Shown one piece after another: positions 1-9,807 of a DNA stretch of 64,000 nt. The stretch is from positions 32,001-96,000 of IMG/VR virus record IMGVR_UViG_3300028624_000004. One strand, written 5' to 3'. Numbering within the stretch: the stretch's first letter is position 1; every line of letters begins with the position of its first letter. The notes beneath the pieces were generated by a model. It was given only the letters and a program-made list of their open reading frames with translations. It was not told where the DNA came from and did no database searches. Source of the DNA: a virus (Duplodnaviria; Caudoviricetes). Made by a program: the position numbers and the translations under genes.

Positions 1-714
1 AATTTTATGATCTATATGGTATTCTATATTTCCTCTTCTATAGCCATTTGGATTTATTATATTAATGTATTTCTTATATGATGATAGAGACATACTTCTA
101 GCTTTAGATTCATATACATCATATTCGTCTCTGTCTTCATACGAGGAACATATTCCTCTTTTTATCTTTGTATCAATTCTTCTTTTATTTACATTTTTAA
201 TTTCTTCTTTTGAAGCTGTGTTATAGAAACTTGTTAAGTAAGAAACAATTTTTAATATAAACTTCTTTCTTTCTTCGCCTTCAAGCGAATTCAAATATCC
301 AAATCGTTTAACTCGTTCTTCTTTTGTGAGAGAATTTAGGAACACTAGATAATTTTCATAACGCTTATTACGCCATTCTTTTAACTTTTCTTCGTCATTA
401 TTTAATTCATTCCAAAAGTTAAACATCTTTGCTCTCATTTTCTCACAGAAAGACGCATATTTTTCTGGCTTCTGTTTTAATATTCTTCTTTTTAAAATAC
501 AACTACATTTATATCCACATGTGTCACGATACCCCTTAGAAATATTTAAAAATTTAGTATCCCTACCGCATATTTGACACTTACCATCTGATTCTGTTTT
601 TATATGTTTGTCGTAATATTCCTTAATAAATTTATAATGCTTATCTCTAACATGTTTTGAGAGTTTTCTAAAAGACATAAAATCCTTTTGACAGCATTTA
701 CATTTCATTAACAT
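1..714 (-). CDS. Putative HNH homing endonuclease with N-terminal zinc finger (partial, runs off the window start; absent from the ORF track)
   Basis: Manual translation from ATG 714 (AGGAG upstream) gives MLMKCKCCQKDF..LSKHVRDKH..CQICG..TCGYKC. It reads YHIDHKI (HNH-type motif) in the same frame at the window edge. Confidence 0.7.
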   Translation of the reverse strand, partial: MLMKCKCCQKDFMSFRKLSKHVRDKHYKFIKEYYDKHIKTESDGKCQICGRDTKFLNISKGYRDTCGYKCSCILKRRILKQKPEKYASFCEKMRAKMFNFWNELNNDEEKLKEWRNKRYENYLVFLNSLTKEERVKRFGYLNSLEGEERKKFILKIVSYLTSFYNTASKEEIKNVNKRRIDTKIKRGICSSYEDRDEYDVYESKARSMSLSSYKKYINIINPNGYRRGNIEYHIDHKI

Positions 715-786
715 TTTCTCCTATTGATATTTATATGAAAAAAGAGTTATGAATGAAAATATTCTAACGATATAATAAATAAGAAT

Positions 787-1398
787 ATGCGTAAACAAAT
801 TCCATTCATAAAAAAAGAGACATTCCCTGGTGGAGTTCGTGATTTAATTGACAGAAAACCAGAAGGAGATAAACCAACTGGACCGGATCTTGATAAAGGT
901 AAAAATATAGACCTTGGTGATATTCTATCTTTTCAGTACATTGGGAGAGAAGTGTTAGACGGGGAAATAAAAAACAAAAATGCCGAAGTCAAACCTAATG
1001 ACAGAGTAGTTCTTAATCCTCTTATTGTTTTTGGTGGGTATGATACTTCGTCAAGATGCATCATGGGGGTTGACTTGAAAAGATTCAAGCTGGAAAAACA
1101 AACAGCAGGACTTACAGAAACACTCAGACTTCTAAGAAAATATTATTATTACTTAGAAGATGATAATGGAGTCAAGATTTGGAGAAAGAGAACATTTAAA
1201 GAAGTCCCATACAATAGCCCAATATCATTTCAGTATGACAATTTTGGATCAGGGTGGGGATCGGTGGGAAAGTTACTGACAAGGTATTTTAAATCATACA
1301 AACCACTTCTTATGCGCCAAGTTATTGTCATGCCACCAGATGTAGCCGAAATAGAATGTAACTCAACGGTCAGAACACTCCCTGGAAATGTCAAATAG
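787..1398 (+). CDS. Hypothetical protein, possibly a distant T4 gp2 (DNA end protector)-like protein
   Basis: The pattern LSFQY..NPLIVF..IMGVDL..RYFKSY..MPP loosely resembles gp2. It follows an AATAAATA late-type motif. Confidence 0.35.
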   Translation: MRKQIPFIKKETFPGGVRDLIDRKPEGDKPTGPDLDKGKNIDLGDILSFQYIGREVLDGEIKNKNAEVKPNDRVVLNPLIVFGGYDTSSRCIMGVDLKRFKLEKQTAGLTETLRLLRKYYYYLEDDNGVKIWRKRTFKEVPYNSPISFQYDNFGSGWGSVGKLLTRYFKSYKPLLMRQVIVMPPDVAEIECNSTVRTLPGNVK

Positions 1399-1405
1399 CC
1401 ATTCA

Positions 1406-1413
1406 TATAAATA
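1406..1413 (+). promoter_or_regulatory. T4-type late promoter TATAAATA (representative). Exact copies also at 3706, 4436, 7465, 9794, 16307, 26230, 28835, 43214 and 51121; GATAAATA/AATAAATA variants occur before other structural genes
   Basis: The exact T4 gp55-dependent consensus recurs in intergenic gaps just upstream of structural genes. Confidence 0.85.
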
Positions 1414-1431
1414 GAAAATAGGATTATACAT

Positions 1432-3129
1432 ATGCCGATTAGAAACTTTTTTGCGTTTGGAAATAGAGCTACTCCACAGATGCCGTCTGATATGTCAGCA
1501 CGCGAAAAGGAGCTATTGGTTAAAACTCGTAATACGATTTTTAATGCTTTGGACTCAGACAAGAACGAGACACGTGAAGACGCTATATCCAAGGCACCAG
1601 TTACCGATCTTCGTGATGTTGGACAGGCGGCTGGTGACTATTCAATGTTCGTCAATGTATTTTCCAAGTACATTTACTCAGTAGAAAGAGATAAAAGAAC
1701 TCGTGTATTGATATATCGTGAGATGTCAAAATATCCAGAAATAGCTTTTGCTGTTGATGAATATGTTGATGAAGCTATCAATGAGAATTCAGATGGAAAC
1801 TTCGCAGAGTTGCGAATAAGAAACGATGCTATACGTGAAAACGACAATCAGCGTAAGACTCTTATAGCTGAATTTAATCATCTTCTTTACGATGTTCTCA
1901 ACGCAGATAAACATGTAGCTCAGTGGTTCCGTGAGTTCATGATCGACGGTGAAATCTTCTTTGAGAAGATCATTGATAACAACGACGAAACAAAGGGTAT
2001 CGTCAAGGTCAAGCGTTTGATGACTACTCGCTGCTATCCAATCTGGAAAGATATTGAATCCGATGAGATTCTATTCTATTCGTATCAATCAGACGATTCG
2101 CAGTTGCTATCATTGCCTCGTGAGCAGATCGCCTATGCTAACTCTGGAAAATACGACTGGTCTAAAGAAGAGGACATGAAGCTATGTCTTTCTTTCCTTG
2201 AAGAAACAAAGACAACTTATAAGAGACTTAAGCTTCTTGAAGATGCTCTTGTTATCTATCGTATCGTCCGTGCGCCAGAACGTCGTGTATTTAAGATAGA
2301 TGTTGGAAATCTTCCAAAGGGAAGAGCCGATCAGTTCATGCAGGAGATGATAAAGAAGTATCGTCAGCGCAAGTTCTTCGATCCTAGCTCTGGTGATGTT
2401 TCAGAAGGTCTTGATATGATGGCAATGACCGAAGACTTCTGGTTTCCTGTATTCCAGAGCGGAAGATCTTCGGATGTCACTACTCTTCCCGGTGGTCAGG
2501 GGCTTGGCGAAATAGCAGACGTTGAATACTTCCGTAACAAGATGTATCAGGGACTTAAGATACCTAAGAGTCGTTTCGGAGAGGATAATAAATTCTCCAT
2601 TGGTGATACACAGGATATTACCCGTGAAGAAGTCAAGTTTGTGAAAGAGGTCAAGCGTTATACGGAAAGATTCTCAGAGGTATTCAAGAATATATTCCTT
2701 ACACATTTGCGTCTAAAGGGTATTGCTGAAGAATACGGCATAACCGAACAAGACATCAAGATTCATATGTTTGCCAACAACCTCTTCGAGAAGTTCCTAG
2801 AAGCCAAGGTTCTTGAGCTACGCTTCCAGAACTTCAGCAACTTCAAGGATCTTATCGACACTGAGAAGCCTCTCTTCTCGCGCAAGTGGGTCACAGAGAA
2901 GTTCCTCGAAATCACCGAAGAGGAATGGAAGAAGAATCAGGAGCTTCTTGCTGCCGAAAATATGGGCGGAGATGAAGAAGAGGGCGAAGGTGGAGGCGCT
3001 GGTGGTGGAGGATTGGGTAGCATGGGTGGAGACTTGGGTGGTGGGGATATGGGCGGCGACGAACCTTCAGCCGATGATGCTGGCGGCGATGGTGGAGATG
3101 ATGCCGGTGGCGATGAACCAGCTTTATAA
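1432..3129 (+). CDS. gp20: Portal vertex protein (T4 gp20-like)
   Basis: Motifs YREMSKYPEI, LEDALVIYRIVRAPERRVFKIDVGNLPK, EDFWFP, TTLPGGQGLGEIADVEYF and ITREEVKF; acidic Gly-rich C-terminal tail. Confidence 0.97.
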   Translation: MPIRNFFAFGNRATPQMPSDMSAREKELLVKTRNTIFNALDSDKNETREDAISKAPVTDLRDVGQAAGDYSMFVNVFSKYIYSVERDKRTRVLIYREMSKYPEIAFAVDEYVDEAINENSDGNFAELRIRNDAIRENDNQRKTLIAEFNHLLYDVLNADKHVAQWFREFMIDGEIFFEKIIDNNDETKGIVKVKRLMTTRCYPIWKDIESDEILFYSYQSDDSQLLSLPREQIAYANSGKYDWSKEEDMKLCLSFLEETKTTYKRLKLLEDALVIYRIVRAPERRVFKIDVGNLPKGRADQFMQEMIKKYRQRKFFDPSSGDVSEGLDMMAMTEDFWFPVFQSGRSSDVTTLPGGQGLGEIADVEYFRNKMYQGLKIPKSRFGEDNKFSIGDTQDITREEVKFVKEVKRYTERFSEVFKNIFLTHLRLKGIAEEYGITEQDIKIHMFANNLFEKFLEAKVLELRFQNFSNFKDLIDTEKPLFSRKWVTEKFLEITEEEWKKNQELLAAENMGGDEEEGEGGGAGGGGLGSMGGDLGGGDMGGDEPSADDAGGDGGDDAGGDEPAL

Positions 3130-3142
3130 AGGAAACTAATAT

Positions 3143-3694
3143 ATGCCATTTGGAATAGAAAAATCTGGAGAGAAATGGAAAGTAGTCAACAAGCATACTG
3201 GTAGGGTGCTTGGGACGCATGGCAGCGAGGAAGATGCTAAAAAGCAGCTTGCTGCTGTTCAGATAAACTACAAGAAGGAATCTATAAATGAATCCAACGA
3301 GCTTATCATGAAGCTCCACTATGAAAAGAAGATTGATCTTGGTGCGTTGGAATCTTTCTGGAAAGAAGCCGTTTCTCGCCAAGAAAATTACGGAAAGACA
3401 GCAGAAGAAAAAGATAAATCACACCCCAAGTTCTGGAAGGGTGTAAAGGCGTATTTCCAGAAACTCGTAGACAGTGTTGATGTACAAGAAGCTAAGGAGA
3501 TTATTATGAATAGAGATAAATTCAACGAAACAACCAATGAATACTTGGATGCTTTACAAAGTGATAACTATGTGAAGGCAAAAGAGTTATTCCCTAAGAT
3601 TGTCGATGCAAAGCTGCAATCCATGATAAACAAGCGTGGAAAGGCGTTCCTTCAGCAGATGAATAAGCAACAGAAAGATACAACCAAGAAATAA
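3143..3694 (+). CDS. Prohead core protein, gp67-like C-terminal part with an N-terminal extension
   Basis: Sits between portal and protease. The C-terminal YLDALQSDNYVKAKELFPKIVDAK resembles T4 gp67. Confidence 0.55.
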   Translation: MPFGIEKSGEKWKVVNKHTGRVLGTHGSEEDAKKQLAAVQINYKKESINESNELIMKLHYEKKIDLGALESFWKEAVSRQENYGKTAEEKDKSHPKFWKGVKAYFQKLVDSVDVQEAKEIIMNRDKFNETTNEYLDALQSDNYVKAKELFPKIVDAKLQSMINKRGKAFLQQMNKQQKDTTKK

Positions 3695-3731
3695 CGGATA
3701 TATTGTATAAATATATCTATAAGAGGTTCAT

Positions 3732-4430
3732 ATGTATAAGCTTATTACTGAAGCAGCCGCTCCAAACTTTGATGGAATCGAAAAGATTGTTGAGGCTGTT
3801 GACGCCGAAGGTCAAAAGCAACATTACATAGAAGGTATCTTCATTCAGACTGAAAAGAAGAACCGTAATGGTCGCATATATCCAAAGCAACTCATGGAGA
3901 AGTGCGTTGAAGCTTATATGGCTGATCGCATGCAGAATCCTAAGAGACTCCGTACATTTGGAGAACTTGGACACCCAGAAGGAATCGAAATAAATCTTCA
4001 CAGATCCTCCCACCTTATCACCGAACTAAAATGGGCAGGAAACGATGTATATGGAAAGGCAAGACTTATTGACACTGAGTATGGAAGAGTAGCAAAGTCT
4101 ATTCTTCTTGCTGGTGGACAACTTGGAGTTTCATCTCGTGGTCTTGGAAATGTAAAAGAAGCAGTGGGCGCAGATAACTCGGCTCTCGTTAATGAATATG
4201 AACTTATTGCAGTTGATATAGTTGCCGACCCATCAGCACCAGATGGTTTTGTGGATGGAATCATGGAATCTGTGGAGTATATAAAAGTCGGCGGAAGCTA
4301 CACGGCAAGGTCATTAAGGCGATCAGAGTCGGCTTTTAGTAAACTAAAAGAATCGCTTGAGACTCTTCCCAAGCATGAAAAAGATGCTTATGTCGTTGAA
4401 TGTGTAAAAAAGTTTCTTGCGGACATATAA
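3732..4430 (+). CDS. gp21: Prohead maturation protease (T4 gp21-like)
   Basis: Motifs YIEGIFIQ..KNRNGRIYP, GELGHP, GVSSRGLG and DIVADPSAPDGFV. Confidence 0.96.
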   Translation: MYKLITEAAAPNFDGIEKIVEAVDAEGQKQHYIEGIFIQTEKKNRNGRIYPKQLMEKCVEAYMADRMQNPKRLRTFGELGHPEGIEINLHRSSHLITELKWAGNDVYGKARLIDTEYGRVAKSILLAGGQLGVSSRGLGNVKEAVGADNSALVNEYELIAVDIVADPSAPDGFVDGIMESVEYIKVGGSYTARSLRRSESAFSKLKESLETLPKHEKDAYVVECVKKFLADI

Positions 4431-4462
4431 ATCGTTATAAATACTATTAGCATTAGGAGATA

Positions 4463-5569
4463 TTGCTTATGAGCAAAACAGCGATAATGGAACATCTACA
4501 GAAGGCACTCGGAGAATCACTCTCTGAAGAAGCTGCAACCCAGATCGGATCATATCTTGATACGCTCGTAAACGACCGCGCAGCAGCAGCAACACTCGAC
4601 GCTTCAACAAAGCTCGAAGCTGTTACCAAAGAGGTCACAGAACTTAAGCAGAAGATCGCAGAGCAAGAGAAGGCATTCCAAGCGGAAGCCGAAGCTTTTG
4701 CTGGTGAACTCGCTGAAGCATTCAAGAAGAAGGAAGACATCCTCTTCGAAGAGCTTGAGAACTACAAGAGTGAGACACTCAAGGTAGTTGAACAGACTGC
4801 TACTGAATATCGCGCTCAAGTTGAGCAGATGGTAGAGCAGGTTGCTGACGAGTACAAGACGGGAATGGATAAGTACCGTGAGAGTCTCGAATCAGTCATG
4901 GCTGAAGAAGCCTCAAATTTCAGAAAGCAGCAAGAGGCGGCTCTTGCTAAGGACGTTAAAGCATACCGTGAAGATTTGCTAGAGAAGCTCGACAAGTATC
5001 TTGAGTCGCAGCTTACCGAAGCAATTCCATCGGAAGTTATGGAAGCCGCTGTTAAGGCAAAAGCCTATGAAGGTCTTGTCCAGGGAATGGTAGAAACATT
5101 CTCCAAGAACTACATAAAGCTTGATTCGACTGGCTACGAGGCTTTGAAAGAAGCCAAGAAGGAGAACGAATCACTCGCTGAAAACTTTAATGCAAAAGTG
5201 AAAGAAGCAGTCACTTTGACTGCCAAGGTTAGAGAACTCGAAAAAGAGGTCAAGATAACCAAATTGACCGAGGGTATGACCCAAGCACAGAAGCAACGCG
5301 CTCACAAGTTACTTGAGAGTGCCACTGCTGCTGATGTAGAGCGTAAGTTTGATGCTGTCAAGGATTTCATAATCAAGGAAAGCGTCAAGCCAACCACTCC
5401 TGTTATAAATGAGTCAAAAGCTCGCCCACAGCAGAAACAGGTCGTAACCGAAGCCGCTCAGAAGCAGATTCAAGTTATTGAGGAAGCAGTTTCCTCCGCT
5501 GCAACTGGTGGCAACGATCAGATGGGAACTTGGAAAAAGAACCTTGATCGTATGAATCGTAGAATCTAA
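4463..5569 (+). CDS. gp22: Prohead core scaffold protein (T4 gp22-like)
   Basis: Long Glu/Ala/Lys coiled coil between protease and capsid genes, with LDKYLE and LTEGMT..QK motifs. Confidence 0.85.
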   Translation: MLMSKTAIMEHLQKALGESLSEEAATQIGSYLDTLVNDRAAAATLDASTKLEAVTKEVTELKQKIAEQEKAFQAEAEAFAGELAEAFKKKEDILFEELENYKSETLKVVEQTATEYRAQVEQMVEQVADEYKTGMDKYRESLESVMAEEASNFRKQQEAALAKDVKAYREDLLEKLDKYLESQLTEAIPSEVMEAAVKAKAYEGLVQGMVETFSKNYIKLDSTGYEALKEAKKENESLAENFNAKVKEAVTLTAKVRELEKEVKITKLTEGMTQAQKQRAHKLLESATAADVERKFDAVKDFIIKESVKPTTPVINESKARPQQKQVVTEAAQKQIQVIEEAVSSAATGGNDQMGTWKKNLDRMNRRI

Positions 5570-5613
5570 CATTCACACATTAAACAACCATAACACACAA
5601 AGGAAACAAATTT

Positions 5614-6981
5614 ATGGCATTACAAGACAACGTAAGAGACGCACTCATGAAGAAGTGGAAGCCAATGGTCGAGCACATCCGTGACGACCGTAAGGCTGAA
5701 CTCACTGCTCAGCTTCTCGAACAAGAAAACCGTTACTTCAAGGACGCACTTAAAGAAACTGCAAGCTCGGCTGGCGGAGCAACTGTCTCCGTTCCTGCTA
5801 CTTGCGGCGGCACCGCAACACAGTCTGGTATCGCACGATTCCAGGCAATTGCTATGCCTCTCGTAGCTCGTGTATTCCCTGAACTCGTCAGCAACGAACT
5901 CGTAGGTGTTCAGCCTATGTTCACCCCAGTTGGCTTGGCATACGCTCTCCGTTACCGCTACCAGAGTGACTTCAACTCCAAGTCTGGATTCCCAGGCATG
6001 GAAGCTGGATTCAACACTGTGGAAGCTCTCTACTCGGGCGGATTCCCAACCACAGCAACCTCAACCCCAACCTCCGCTGACTTCCTCAGTGCCTTCGGCA
6101 CCGTAGTTGACAATGGTCGTGTCAAGGGCGGAGATGTTGACGCTGGATTGTCCCCACGCGGCGGCTACAACACCGCTGACGCTGAAGGACTTGGCGAAAC
6201 TCACTGGTGCGGCACCGCTGAAATGGATCGTATCCGTTACATGGGCTTGTCCGTTGAGAAGCAGACTGTAGAAGCAAAGACCCGCAAGCTCGCTGCTCGT
6301 TGGTCGCATGAAGCACAGCAGGATTTGAAGAACATGCACAATGTTGACATTGCTGCACAGTTGTCAGACCTTCTTGCTTATGAGGTTGCCGCTGAAATTG
6401 ACGCAGAAGTTAAGGCAAACATCATCGCTCTCGCACAGGTTGGTGGAGTTCTCGTATGGGACTACACTTCAACCAACTTCGGTGGCGCTGACGGTCGTTG
6501 GGAGCAGGAGAAGTTCCGCACTCTCTACACCGTATGCTTGAAGGCTTCGAACGAAATCGCAGTTGCTACCCGTCGTGGCGCTGGTAACTTCATCTTGGCT
6601 TCGCCAACTGTAGTTGCTGCAATAGAAGCTCTCGAACAGTTCGCAATCTCCAGTGTCGCTACCAACCTCGCAACCGAGGTCAGTGGTGTCGCTAAGGTTG
6701 GAACCATCGGACGCTTCACCGTATACCGCGATATGTTCGCAACCCGCGACTACGCTGTTGTCGGATACAAGGGAAGAGATGATGCCGACGCTGGTATCGT
6801 TTACCTCCCATATGTTCCGATCCAGTTCCTCGAAGCGGTCGGTCAGGATTCCTTCAACCCAAGAATCGGTGTATTGACCAGATATGGTCTTTGCAACAAC
6901 CTCTTCGGTGCTGAGAACTACTACCGTTACATCGACATCCGTGGATTGGGCGACTCCGCTCTCTCTGGTTCAGTATCCTAA
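5614..6981 (+). CDS. gp23: Major capsid protein (T4 gp23-like)
   Basis: Motifs ELVGVQPM..PVGLAYALRYRY, VEAKTRKLAARWS.EAQQDL, TRRGAGNF, YLPYVP and FNPRIGVLTRYG. Confidence 0.98.
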   Translation: MALQDNVRDALMKKWKPMVEHIRDDRKAELTAQLLEQENRYFKDALKETASSAGGATVSVPATCGGTATQSGIARFQAIAMPLVARVFPELVSNELVGVQPMFTPVGLAYALRYRYQSDFNSKSGFPGMEAGFNTVEALYSGGFPTTATSTPTSADFLSAFGTVVDNGRVKGGDVDAGLSPRGGYNTADAEGLGETHWCGTAEMDRIRYMGLSVEKQTVEAKTRKLAARWSHEAQQDLKNMHNVDIAAQLSDLLAYEVAAEIDAEVKANIIALAQVGGVLVWDYTSTNFGGADGRWEQEKFRTLYTVCLKASNEIAVATRRGAGNFILASPTVVAAIEALEQFAISSVATNLATEVSGVAKVGTIGRFTVYRDMFATRDYAVVGYKGRDDADAGIVYLPYVPIQFLEAVGQDSFNPRIGVLTRYGLCNNLFGAENYYRYIDIRGLGDSALSGSVS

Positions 6982-7006
6982 TACTGACGGATCGTGATAG
7001 CTAATC

Positions 7007-7047
7007 AAGTAACCCCAGGAGACATTCTCCTGGGGTTTACTTTTTTT
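7007..7047 (+). terminator. Rho-independent terminator after the major capsid gene
   Basis: Stem AACCCCAGGAGA-cat-TCTCCTGGGGTT followed by a T7 run. Confidence 0.9.
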
Positions 7048-7048
7048 A

Positions 7049-7057
7049 TGTTATAAT
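7049..7057 (+). promoter_or_regulatory. Host sigma70-type extended -10 promoter TGnTATAAT (representative). Others at 19987, 33940, 35247, 48924 (+) and 42585-42593 (-)
   Basis: TGTTATAAT or TGATATAAT recurs in intergenic gaps, mainly ahead of non-virion genes (chaperone, glycosylation, HTH). Confidence 0.65.
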
Positions 7058-7073
7058 AATCATAGGAGATTAT

Positions 7074-7460
7074 ATGACAAGACAAGAAAAAGATAGAGCA
7101 TTACGATACCTTATAGAAACTCGTCAAGCGGAACTTGAAGAAATAGAAAAGGGTATTGTTTTGGCTACCATGCAACTTGAACAGATGACAGGACCAAATG
7201 CTGATCTACGTGTTTTGGGTGGTATACGCCTTCGCCGTGAAGATCTAGAAAGGGAATGGGAAACTGTCAAGAGAGAACTTAGCGATTTGAACGCCGGAAT
7301 ACTACCAGACATGTCAAAGAAAGAAGAGAAGATTAGAAAAGTAGCTGAGAACCTTAAGGAGACAAACGAAAGAGGCAAGCTACTTAAGGAAAAGGCGGGC
7401 GAAGATGTGGTTGCTCTTCACAAGAGCATCCACACGAACCTTGATCCAGATAAAAAATAG
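7074..7460 (+). CDS. Hypothetical coiled-coil protein
   Basis: ORF with AGGAG ribosome-binding site; helical, charged sequence. Confidence 0.6.
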   Translation: MTRQEKDRALRYLIETRQAELEEIEKGIVLATMQLEQMTGPNADLRVLGGIRLRREDLEREWETVKRELSDLNAGILPDMSKKEEKIRKVAENLKETNERGKLLKEKAGEDVVALHKSIHTNLDPDKK

Positions 7461-7481
7461 AATATATAAATAGAGGTATCT

Positions 7482-8012
7482 ATGGGTAAAAAGGCACGAT
7501 TTAGAAGAGTAGCTTCTACTCCTATAACACTTCGCATTGATGGCGTCCCCACTAAGATACCACCCAATGGAACATTTATATCGACAGTTGAGATGGTGGG
7601 AAGTCTTCCTGGCATAAGATTTGAAGGTTTTGTGGAATTTGACACGCAAAAAAATACAACCCCATGCGATCCATTGAAAGAATGGAATGACTTAGTAAAT
7701 AATAGTGTTCCAGATGATGTTGTTGATGGGGTTATTGATTCAGTTATAGAGGGAGATAAACAAACTGAGCCGACCCCTCAAGTCACCCCCGAAGTCACCC
7801 CCGAAGTCACCCCCGAAGTAGAGTCACCAAAAAACGGAATATCGGTTGACGTTCTAATGGAGCTTAAGAAGAAAGATAATCGTGCCTGGATGGTCATGAC
7901 CAAGAAAGAAATAAAGGCAATAATGAACGAAGCTGGAATAGACTATTCGCATGTTGCGGACGACAGAAATCAGCTATATAAGTTTTTATCTGGAATTGTA
8001 AAGAGTTTATAA
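7482..8012 (+). CDS. Hypothetical protein with PEVT repeats and a C-terminal HeH/LEM-like helical domain
   Basis: 12-bp repeat CCCCCGAAGTCA around 7775-7820; C-terminal MTKKEIKAIMNEAGIDYS..QLYKFL. Confidence 0.55.
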   Translation: MGKKARFRRVASTPITLRIDGVPTKIPPNGTFISTVEMVGSLPGIRFEGFVEFDTQKNTTPCDPLKEWNDLVNNSVPDDVVDGVIDSVIEGDKQTEPTPQVTPEVTPEVTPEVESPKNGISVDVLMELKKKDNRAWMVMTKKEIKAIMNEAGIDYSHVADDRNQLYKFLSGIVKSL

Positions 8013-8021
8013 AGGAATCAC

Positions 8022-8975
8022 ATGAAAGTAAGAAACAGAGCATCGTTATTGGATTGGGTATACAAGCATCTCGGAGCGCCTGCCGTCAAACCACCGATTG
8101 CGCCGACACAACTTGATAATTGTATTGACGAGGCTCTTGACTATTATACATTTCACGCTGGTGGAACCGGACATGAAGAACAGTATATTGTAATAACTGC
8201 CGAAGCCGCTGTTCGTTTATCTGGATATGAGACAATAGACCATCCAGATGACGATGGTGGTATGTGCCTATCGACTGATATTTCTGCTCAGCCCGTATTA
8301 GTTTATAAACAAGAATACCAATTACCGCGTGATGTTGTCGCTGTTGGAAATGCGTTGGCAACAAGATGTGGAACAGAATCCGCAGACTACGCAACCGAGC
8401 CAATGCTAGAGAGAGGATTCGCATTAACAAATCTTGGCATTATGTCAACGGGTATTGGTGGGCTTCAGGGGGCTGGATTTGGTTCTGTTGGAACCGCTCT
8501 GTGGACGCCAGGATCGTTTGGTCAATTTAACTCCTTTGGAAGTCGTGGTGGAGAGGGAACTCGTGGCGCTGGTGGCGGAGCAGACATTATAGGATATGAG
8601 CTTGGTATGCAATATCTTGAGATGATACAGCAGAGATATACCATCAAGCTTGCTGTTCAGTTCATGGAAGAAAGTAAGAAGGTAAGATTCTCTCCAGCCC
8701 CTCGCGCCCCCGGTCATATTGTATTGCCAGTGTGGATGAGAGTTCAAGATAGCGACCTCTATGAAAACATTTGGATTCGTAGATATGCTGCCGCTCTATG
8801 TAAGATACAAATAGGATATAACGTCAGTAAGTATACCGGAATCACATTTACTGGCGGCGCAACGGTAAATGGGGAATTCTATATAAGAGAAGGAAAGGAA
8901 GAAAAAGAAAAACTAGAACAATCCATCAAGGATGGAGACTATGGATATCCACCACAAAGTTTCTGGTTTGCCTAA
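8022..8975 (+). CDS. gp13: Neck protein (T4 gp13-like)
   Basis: Motifs LGAP..QLDNCIDEALDYY, WIRRYAAALCKIQIG.N.SKY.GI...GG.TVNG and EGKEEKEKLE. Confidence 0.9.
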   Translation: MKVRNRASLLDWVYKHLGAPAVKPPIAPTQLDNCIDEALDYYTFHAGGTGHEEQYIVITAEAAVRLSGYETIDHPDDDGGMCLSTDISAQPVLVYKQEYQLPRDVVAVGNALATRCGTESADYATEPMLERGFALTNLGIMSTGIGGLQGAGFGSVGTALWTPGSFGQFNSFGSRGGEGTRGAGGGADIIGYELGMQYLEMIQQRYTIKLAVQFMEESKKVRFSPAPRAPGHIVLPVWMRVQDSDLYENIWIRRYAAALCKIQIGYNVSKYTGITFTGGATVNGEFYIREGKEEKEKLEQSIKDGDYGYPPQSFWFA

Positions 8976-8988
8976 TTTGGAATAACAT

Positions 8989-9780
8989 ATGCCAGCTAAC
9001 CCCGATCCGATGTCATCAAAAGATTTTTGGAGCCAATACAATGGCAACCAAGATAATGGAAAAGAACTGGATTTCTATGATGATATGGCATCAGAGATGT
9101 TTGCAATATATGGTATTCCTCTCGAATATTATCCTGTTGATGCTGATCCTGAAAGAGATAGAATTTTTAACGAAGACCCAGGAAAACAATTTGTAAGAAA
9201 AGTAATGCTTACTGGATTGATTGATGGTGGGCAAGTTCAGGAAAATGTATTGTTCAACCAGTTTGGTATGATGAATAAAGTGGAGTTTACAATGTATCTT
9301 CATTATTCAACCGCTATTGAACAACTTAAAAGAAAGCCACTTATAGCTGATCAATTCACATTTGCCAATGGTTTAACTACTCAAGTATTTGAAGTCACTC
9401 ATGTTACCGAATCTACTCTCGGAGTTCGGGGAAATGTATTCGGAAGAAGAACGGCATATGCTTTGACTTGTCGTGAAAGAGAGATATCACCAGCAGAGAT
9501 TGGTGATGGTGAACGATATGGGTACATTGACTCTGAAGGAAATATACTTCCTGGCGCACCTGCCGATTTGTTTGACGAGAATGGAAATATCCGTGAGAAG
9601 TATAAGGTTCCTGGGCTTACTGCTGCCAACAAGAAAGGCGCTTACCATGGTGACAATGAGCATATTCAAGAAAAGGCTGATGGCGTCGATGAGAACGGGC
9701 AGCCAACAATGCCTGCCGGTAAGGGCATCGTAAGTGTGAGCGGCAAGGATAAGAAAAATTTTGACTGGGGCAACTGGTAA
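8989..9780 (+). CDS. gp14: Neck protein (T4 gp14-like)
   Basis: Follows gp13; E...IYGIPLEYYP, DRIFNED, FNQFGM and VFEVTHV; ends FDWGNW. Confidence 0.8.
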   Translation: MPANPDPMSSKDFWSQYNGNQDNGKELDFYDDMASEMFAIYGIPLEYYPVDADPERDRIFNEDPGKQFVRKVMLTGLIDGGQVQENVLFNQFGMMNKVEFTMYLHYSTAIEQLKRKPLIADQFTFANGLTTQVFEVTHVTESTLGVRGNVFGRRTAYALTCREREISPAEIGDGERYGYIDSEGNILPGAPADLFDENGNIREKYKVPGLTAANKKGAYHGDNEHIQEKADGVDENGQPTMPAGKGIVSVSGKDKKNFDWGNW

Positions 9781-9807
9781 TAAATAACTTTACTATAAAT
9801 ACAACAC

